Assembly: GCA_048772705.1 (NCBI GenBank) | Contig: JBLWGC010000157.1 | Location: 1-14,291 of the forward strand | Direction: 5' to 3' | Length of the DNA stretch: 14,291 nucleotides | DNA from: Leidyana gryllorum EB-2025a | Lineage: Eukaryota; Protista; Apicomplexa | In this document: one piece after another, positions 8,824-14,291 of the stretch | Numbering within the stretch: the first letter of the stretch is position 1 | How the letters are laid out: each line of letters opens with the position of its first letter | Position numbers and translations under genes: made by a program | The notes under the pieces: model-generated | The model's input: only the letters and a program-made list of their open reading frames with translations | What the model was told of the DNA's origin: nothing | Databases searched by the model: none

Positions 8824-8892
8824 TAATTCTCATTAATAATGATTTAGTCATGTTAATTCATTTAGTGCTTAGGTTGGTTGTTGTTTAACAGG
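8824..8892 (-). other. ITS1 (~70 nt, AT-rich)
   Basis: Spacer between the 18S end (GGATCATT) and 5.8S. Confidence 0.8.
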
Positions 8893-9044
8893 AATGATCC
8901 ATCCGCAGGTTCACCTACGGATACCGTGTTACGACTTCTTCATCCTCTAGATGATAAGGCTCACAACATTTCCTCACGAAGAGCGATGTAGAACAAAGCA
9001 GCTACGTAAGTCCATGTAATTTGCCGGATCATCCAATCGGTTGA

Positions 9045-9079
<35 letters not shown>

Positions 9080-9431
9080 ATCAGCACAAGGTGATGACTT
9101 GTCCTTACTAGGAATTCCTCGTTCATGACCCATAATTGCAAAGGTCAATCCCTATCACGACGGAGTTTCACAAGATTTCCCCCTTCGGACGAAGTAGGGT
9201 AGAGCTCGCTGACTCCGTCATTGTAGCGCACGTGCAGCCCAGGCCATCTAAGGGCATCACAGACCTGTTATAGGCTCGAACTTCCTTGTGATAGTCTCAC
9301 AAAGTCCCTCTAAGAAGCCAATCGCTTACAGAAGTAAACGAAGGCTAGTTAGTAGGTCGAGGTCTCGTCCGTTATCGGAATTAACCAGACAAGTCACCTC
9401 ACCGACTAAGAACGGCCATGCACCACCACCC
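8893..9431 (-). rRNA. 18S rRNA, 3' ~540 nt only; truncated by the element
   Basis: Runs from GGGTGGTGGTGCATGGCCGTTCTTAG through GTACACACCGCCCGTC to GTAGGTGAACCTGCGGATGGATCATT; homology stops abruptly at 9431. Confidence 0.96.
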
Positions 9432-9746
9432 TAGTGATACTTGCGGAACGGTTCAAAAGGTGGGTTACGGACGAGTTATTTCCGCGAGTACGTTTTTTGA
9501 GTATCGCAAAAGGGCGGTTACGTCCGGGCCGAAAGTATCTGTCCTTATGCGACAGTAGGCCGTAAAGGGGGGATATGTTGTGTTACATGTAAAGATTATG
9601 TGCTGTGAGCTCGTCTCAATGGTCGATCTGCTCCGGTAGACGGCTGATTAACGCGTGTTGTGCTATATCTTCATGCGCTATGGTACTATGGTAAGTTATT
9701 GGTTAATGTGGTATGGAAAAAGTAAGTTACCAGTCTGTCTATCTGA
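9432..9746 (+). repeat. left terminal inverted repeat (315 bp)
   Basis: Reverse complement of 11955-12270; by eye they differ by one substitution and one homopolymer indel (T6 vs A7). Confidence 0.97.
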
Positions 9747-9853
9747 CTGTCAATGGTCAAGCACGTTAACCAGCACGAAACCAGAACGAAACCAGACTGT
9801 CTCCTCTAATACTAATCGACGACCATCAACCTTCAACCTTGCGTATAGAAACA

Positions 9854-11962
9854 ATGTCCATGACGAATTCTACCCAAGTTAACACTACTGTACCCACCAG
9901 CCTCAATACTACCACTGTACCCACCTCGCTCAGTACCACCCGCCGCCTCACCCAAGCCACCCTGTCGGTGAACGCCAAAGCGCGTCGTTCCGACTCATCG
10001 ATGAGCCAAAGTTGCTCTTCCGACTCCGCCCTCGGCGCCCCTGCAACCCCGACCGCTTCTGTCACAGCCCCCCACCACCAGCTCCTCTGCGCCCTTCCCA
10101 CCGCGAGCTTCCGGCCACAAAGACGGATGCAGGGAGTCTTTGCTGACTGGTTCGCTAAGCAGCCCATCGACCTGTCACTCATTCCAGTGCCACAACTGAT
10201 GAGTGCGGTCGATGACTTCTACAGGCGGCTGTACGATTCCCTACCCGTTGACCCCGCTCGCCCCCCATACTACAGTCTGCAGAGCTGGCTGCAGTTCCAA
10301 GGTTCTCTTCCTCCCGCCCCAAGCGCCCCCCACTACGACCCGGACTGGCTCGCTTTTCTGGCTGCTGCATCGAACCACTTTGAATGTTCGGTGGCCAATC
10401 TCACCGATCGAGATGCAGCGGCCGGATTATGCATGACCGGTCCGTACGAGCCTGTCCCTCCTCCTCCTTGTCTCCGCTGCCGTGGCCCGACCGCTCCTTC
10501 TTCTCGTCCCAGCACCGCCAACACCGCCGCTCGCCCAGGGAAGCTGCTGGCCCACCTTCAGCGGGCAATGGGCGGGCACAACCTATTTGCTGTGTTGGCT
10601 GCGTTTAGTCAGGGACCGCGTCGGGCGTCACTGGTCCAATGGGGGAAGATCTCTGCGCCGTCTGACACATTCGTTGGCATTCGGCCAGACTACCGCGCCC
10701 CCCTGGAGACCGCCCTTTACCTGTCCATCCTCTACCGTCTCGAAGCGATTCGGACTCTGGACTTCTCAAGCACAACCCTCCCACCCTGCAGCCCACTGGA
10801 GTTTACTTATTGCGAAGACGGCGGCATTGCCCCCGAGGTTTTCGCTAGTGTAGTCGAGTCTGATGAAGAACACTGGAAGCAGATTCTGGTGTGCTTGAAG
10901 ACTACGGGGTACACGGGAATAGCGAAGATCAATGCCGCCGTCAGCTCGATACTCCGGAGGCTGCACGATGAGCCTCAGATCGTTGGGCTTTTCAAAGGGT
11001 TCGGGGGAGGGAAGGCTGATGCCCAGGGAGTTAGAGTTCGAGTAGCTCCTCTTCAAACCCGCCCCTTCGTGAAGGTGGAAGAAGTTCGTCAGCCCGCGAA
11101 GCTACTGGCCCGGTTGTGCCGTACAGTGAAGGACTCCGCCCTCGTCGCGGCCTGTCTGCTGCTGTACCTCACCGGTTTGCGTGGCGAGGAACTTCGACCG
11201 ATCACATGGGCCGCGTTTGCTGAGGGGGGGGTAACTATTTCTTTGAGTAAGACCGGCGGAACCAGGACCGTTCAGCTACCTGCGGGTAGCGAAACGCTCT
11301 TCCGGCGACTCCTACTCGGCTCTGCTAAGGTTCAACCCGACCCTTCTCACCGCATGCTTCCTGACCAATTTGGCTACAAGCGGCGGGCTCCCCCTTCCCA
11401 ATCGACCCAGAGTCCCACAGTTCTTTTTGCCAGCTCGAAGAAGCGTGCAAGGCTGCTGCTGACGGACCTCTTTGGCGACAAAGGCGACCGTAAGATCTCG
11501 ATGGGACTCCATTGTTGGAGACGAACCTTCATCAGATCGGTGACTGCCTGTGTCGCCAAAGCGTCCACACTGGTGGCTCACAAGCGCCTTGCAACCACGC
11601 AACGCTTCTACGCCGGCAGCGCTGGCCATCTCGAGGCAGCTGAAGAGTTGTGGACCAACTTGGTTGAAGCATGGCGGTCGATGGGGCTGACCAAGGGAGA
11701 AGGCGGGCTGAGCCATAGAGCCTTGGCGGACCTGGATTGCTCCGAGCCGCCAGCAACCTGGGTGAAGTTTAGAGAGGATTGTGGAGGGGGATTGGACACA
11801 GCGGGAGGAGATTCGGACTCCGACGAGGATGACGAAGACGACCGCGACTCAGACCTCGCATCCGACTCCGAGTCGGAATCTCCCATCGTTACACCACCAC
11901 GCTCGAGGAAGAGATGTTTGGGGGCAGAGCCGACAGAAGACAAAAGGCGGAGGATCAGATAG
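9854..11962 (+). CDS. tyrosine recombinase (phage-integrase fold), ~702 aa from the first ATG
   Basis: Box I LYLTGLRGEEL (R codon 11180), SKTGGTRTV (K 11249), GLHCWRRTF (HxxR 11510-11521), LVAHKRLATTQRFY (H 11579, Y 11609). ORF is open from 9839; first ATG at 9854 in ACAATG context. Acidic tail followed by basic RSRKR and KRRRIR. Confidence 0.92.
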   Translation: MSMTNSTQVNTTVPTSLNTTTVPTSLSTTRRLTQATLSVNAKARRSDSSMSQSCSSDSALGAPATPTASVTAPHHQLLCALPTASFRPQRRMQGVFADWFAKQPIDLSLIPVPQLMSAVDDFYRRLYDSLPVDPARPPYYSLQSWLQFQGSLPPAPSAPHYDPDWLAFLAAASNHFECSVANLTDRDAAAGLCMTGPYEPVPPPPCLRCRGPTAPSSRPSTANTAARPGKLLAHLQRAMGGHNLFAVLAAFSQGPRRASLVQWGKISAPSDTFVGIRPDYRAPLETALYLSILYRLEAIRTLDFSSTTLPPCSPLEFTYCEDGGIAPEVFASVVESDEEHWKQILVCLKTTGYTGIAKINAAVSSILRRLHDEPQIVGLFKGFGGGKADAQGVRVRVAPLQTRPFVKVEEVRQPAKLLARLCRTVKDSALVAACLLLYLTGLRGEELRPITWAAFAEGGVTISLSKTGGTRTVQLPAGSETLFRRLLLGSAKVQPDPSHRMLPDQFGYKRRAPPSQSTQSPTVLFASSKKRARLLLTDLFGDKGDRKISMGLHCWRRTFIRSVTACVAKASTLVAHKRLATTQRFYAGSAGHLEAAEELWTNLVEAWRSMGLTKGEGGLSHRALADLDCSEPPATWVKFREDCGGGLDTAGGDSDSDEDDEDDRDSDLASDSESESPIVTPPRSRKRCLGAEPTEDKRRRIR

Positions 11963-12270
11963 ACAGACTGGTAACTTACTTTTTCCATACCACATTAACG
12001 AATAACTTACCATAGTACCATAGCGCATGAAGATATAGCACAACACGCGTTAATCAGCCGTCTACCGGAGCAGATCGACCATTGAGACGAGCTCACAGCA
12101 CATAATCTTTACATGTAACACAACATATCCCCCCTTTACGGCCTACTGTCGCATAAGGACAGATACTTTCGGCCCGGACGTAACCGCCCTTTTGCGATAC
12201 TCAAAAAAACGTACTCGCGGAAATAACTCGTCCGTAACCCACCTTTTGAACCGTTCCGCAAGTATCACTA
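11955..12270 (-). repeat. right terminal inverted repeat (316 bp)
   Basis: Reverse complement of 9432-9746; contains the ORF stop codon TAG (11960-11962). Confidence 0.97.
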
Positions 12271-12447
12271 TACTTACCGGGACGGAATTTACTCGTGGAA
12301 TATCTGATGCCACCACTACAGTCAGATACGTTACCATCTAAGCACCCCGGCCCGTGAGAGTACTTCGGGGCGGCACACCGCAGTTAGAACGACATCGGCG
12401 GTCGCAACGGAAGCCATTAACACTTTGGAACTCTGAAGGAAAGTAAT

Positions 12448-12531
12448 GCACAGATGCCCGAGTGGTCTAAGGGGCCAGACTCAAGTTCTGGTAGGCGCAA
12501 GTCTGCATGGGTTCGAATCCCATTCTGTGCA
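12448..12531 (+). tRNA. tRNA-Leu(CAA)
   Basis: Identical to 2464-2547. Confidence 0.95.
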
Positions 12532-12618
12532 ACGGCGATTATCCCAAAAAAAGCTGGAAAAGGCCACAGTAGATTCGAATCTGCATTTGTATATCTGGTT
12601 GCATGCACCCAAGTATTC

Positions 12619-12687
12619 GGCTGTTGCTCTGCTGGTATAATCCTTCCTCAGAGTGGAAGGAGTCCTGGGTTCGATTCCAGAACACCC
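12619..12687 (+). pseudogene. degenerate tRNA-Pro
   Basis: Copy of 2636-2705. Confidence 0.7.
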
Positions 12688-12828
12688 TATTGGTCGTCGT
12701 TTGACTTGACCGGACATGTTGCCCTCAGAACCAACACAGCCACCTCGTTAGCCCGCTTCGGTAGGGCAGTCAGGGCAACTAACATCTCGAGGATCACATT
12801 TCGGCTACCTCTTCCATGTTGCAGACTG

Positions 12829-12900
12829 AGCAGTGTAGCTCAGTGGAAGAGTGTTAGGCTTATAACGCAAAGGTCCGTCGATCGAAACGACGCACTGCTA
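12829..12900 (+). pseudogene. initiator tRNA-Met-derived gene with anticodon mutated to TAT
   Basis: A1:U72 and GATCGAAAC retained; anticodon arm TTAGG-CTTATAA-CGCAA is mispaired. Confidence 0.75.
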
Positions 12901-12948
12901 AGTGTGCGCAGAAGGGAACAGTTGCAGGATAGATTGGCTCGTGAGCCA

Positions 12949-13019
12949 AGCCTTCTGCCCGAATCGAACCGGCGACCTTTCACTTACTAAGCGAATGCTC
13001 TGCCCCAAGCTAAGAAGGC
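12949..13019 (-). pseudogene. tRNA-Thr(AGT), degenerate
   Basis: Copy of 2962-3032 with extra anticodon-stem and T-stem mismatches. Confidence 0.72.
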
Positions 13020-13147
13020 AATGTTAAGTGGACATCACGAATGAGTCCCTATTGACGGAAGTTACTGAAGCACATTGTTCCACCACTCAATACTTCCACG
13101 GATCCACCCACCGGCAAATAGGGTGTAACTAAGTTTAGAGCTTCCTT

Positions 13148-13220
13148 GCCGCCCTAGCTCAGTCGGTAGAGCGCAAGACTTTTAATCTTGCAGTCGCGGG
13201 TTCGAGCCCCGCGGGCGGTG
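13148..13220 (+). tRNA. tRNA-Lys(TTT)
   Basis: Identical to 3161-3233. Confidence 0.95.
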
Positions 13221-13277
13221 CAAATCAATGTCTCTGGGAGTAGTGGAACCGTTGCCTACAAGCACACTCTGCTGGAT

Positions 13278-13350
13278 TTCCACTGCCGGGACATGAACCC
13301 GGATCGTGCGGGTGAGAGTCGCATATCCTAGCCACTTAGACTACAGTGGA
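13278..13350 (-). tRNA. tRNA-Glu(CTC), variant or possible pseudogene
   Basis: Positional copy of Glu(TTC) 3294-3366 with anticodon CTC, an A31:C39 mismatch and A58 changed to T. Confidence 0.72.
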
Positions 13351-13462
13351 CAACTTCCCCAGTTGAGGTCAACAAGACGTGGTCCGTCGGGTCAACCTAC
13401 AACAAAGGGGTTGCAGTAGAAAGTGGAGGGTCCCTCTACTAAGCTCTGCAACATTGTAAGGC

Positions 13463-13535
13463 GTCTTGTGAGCTCAGTCGGCAGAGCGTGTGGCTTTTGA
13501 TGACAAGCTCGCAGGTCCGAAACCTAGCAAAACCG
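13463..13535 (+). pseudogene. degenerate tRNA relic
   Basis: Copy of 3479-3551. Confidence 0.55.
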
Positions 13536-13653
13536 GCTTCAAAGGCACCCTAGACATTGACTGCGGTGCTCTCCCAATGGCACTTGTGGTTCGCGACCCT
13601 TCAAAGATGACAACGATGGGTTTGAATCCGGCCACCTGCAGCCGTACGTACTT

Positions 13654-13726
13654 TGGACGACCTGGGCATCGATCCCAGTACCTCTCGCATGCTAAGCGAG
13701 CGCTCTACCATTTGAGCTAGTCGCCC
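13654..13726 (-). tRNA. tRNA-Ala(AGC)
   Basis: Identical to 3670-3742. Confidence 0.95.
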
Positions 13727-13814
13727 GTTCTGCGGACCCCATCGCATTTGTTGGTTCTCAACATAGGATGACCACTTTTTAAACTGTCTTCAGCGGGTTA
13801 CACGAATGACAGGC

Positions 13815-13886
13815 GGCTGTTTGGTCTAGTGGTATGATTCTTCCGTCGGGTGGAAGAAGTCCTGGGTTCCATTCCCAAAACAGCCC
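13815..13886 (+). tRNA. tRNA-Pro(CGG), variant
   Basis: Identical to 3831-3902. Confidence 0.8.
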
Positions 13887-13962
13887 GCTTTGTTGTATCT
13901 TGACCCGACCTGCCTGGCAGCATGGTTCTGGGTTCGGGTGATTCCTCGGAGAAACTCGGAGG

Positions 13963-14035
13963 GGGAGTGTAGCGCAGTCGGTAGCGCGTAGGTCTCATAA
14001 TCCTGAAGTCGAGAGTTCGATCCTCTCCACTCCCA
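13963..14035 (+). tRNA. elongator tRNA-Met(CAT)
   Basis: Identical to 3979-4051. Confidence 0.93.
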
Positions 14036-14076
14036 CGGTCGGAATCGAAACCGCCGACAAACTCATCATGCTATCA

Positions 14077-14147
14077 TTTTTCAGTCGGGAATCGCACACA
14101 GGTTATCTCGATGGCAGCGAGCGACTCTTCCACTAGACCACAGATGC
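14077..14147 (-). pseudogene. degenerate tRNA-Gly(GCC)
   Basis: GCATCTGTGGTCTAGTGGAAGAGTCGCTCG-CTGCCAT-CGAGATAACCTGTGTGCGATTCCCGA; Gly-type 5' half and GCC anticodon, T arm and acceptor decayed. Confidence 0.65.
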
Positions 14148-14213
14148 AGAACACGATCTTGTAAATCTTGTACGTGGTGACAGCCATTCCTCTTAAGCCT
14201 ATCGATGCAACAA

Positions 14214-14285
14214 AGCCTTCTGCCGGAATCGAACCGGCGACTTCTCGCTTACGAAGCGAACGCTCTGCCCCTAAGCTAAGAAGAA
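14214..14285 (-). tRNA. tRNA-Thr(CGT); first two bases changed from GC to TT
   Basis: TTCTTCTTAGCTTAGGGGCAGAGCGTTCGC-TTCGTAA-GCGAGAAGTCGCCGGTTCGATTCCGGCAGAAGGCT. Confidence 0.78.
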
Positions 14286-14291
14286 AACTTC

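Larger units (their letters stand above)
9432..12270 (+). mobile_element. 2,839-bp TIR-bounded tyrosine-recombinase DNA element (Tec3/Crypton-like architecture, family unassigned)
   Basis: Near-perfect TIRs (TAGTGATACTTGCGG...CCGCAAGTATCACTA) enclose a single tyrosine-recombinase ORF; interrupts 18S. Confidence 0.9.
12279..14118 (+). repeat. ~1.84-kb tRNA block, copy 2
   Basis: Colinear with 2295-4133, with scattered substitutions and small indels. Confidence 0.95.

Noticed and set aside
9655-9882. 75-aa ORF starting in the left TIR, and its mirror at 11849-12046
   Set aside because: GTG start, short, runs out of the TIR into unrelated sequence at each end, no motifs
9826-12005. Overlapping and antisense ORFs inside the recombinase gene as a second gene or DIRS-like RT
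   Set aside because: All are 134 aa or shorter, expected in GC-rich coding DNA, with no RT, RNase H or gag motifs
12266-12270. CACTA (En/Spm) transposon, suggested by the CACTA/TAGTG termini
   Set aside because: Orientation is reversed (element starts TAGTG and ends CACTA), there is no 3-bp target duplication, and the enzyme is a tyrosine recombinase, not DDE
9432-12270. Group I intron or R2-like rDNA insertion
   Set aside because: 18S does not resume after the insert; no homing endonuclease or RT is encoded, and long TIRs are not features of those elements
12270-12435. U1 snRNA, because ATACTTACC resembles the U1 5' end ATACTTACCTG
   Set aside because: Only 9 nt match and they exist only at the element junction (absent from the paralog at 2295). 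There is no recognisable U1-70K loop, ATTGCAC loop or Sm site

Overview
Eukaryotic multicopy RNA-gene region. The host is probably an apicomplexan, possibly a gregarine; this is inferred from tRNA-Asp and divergent rRNA signatures, not from a search. From left to right the window holds four parts. (1) A dense array of about 30 tRNA genes and pseudogenes on both strands (1-4790), built from duplicated and inverted modules. (2) A 5S rRNA gene on + (4912-5031). (3) A minus-strand rDNA unit: 28S, ITS2, 5.8S, ITS1 and only the 3' ~540 nt of 18S. (4) A 2,839-bp element (9432-12270) that truncates the 18S, followed by a near-identical second copy of the tRNA block 2295-4133 (12279-14118). The element has near-perfect 315/316-bp terminal inverted repeats (TIRs). 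It encodes one intact ~702-aa tyrosine recombinase with the full R-K-HxxR-H-Y catalytic set, and no reverse transcriptase or DDE transposase. Its two flanks are unrelated loci (18S on the left, a tRNA-array spacer on the right). An 8-nt orphan sequence at the right end forms an att/dif-like pseudo-palindrome. This minimal TIR plus tyrosine-recombinase element at an rDNA/tRNA rearrangement breakpoint is the main candidate for a novel system.
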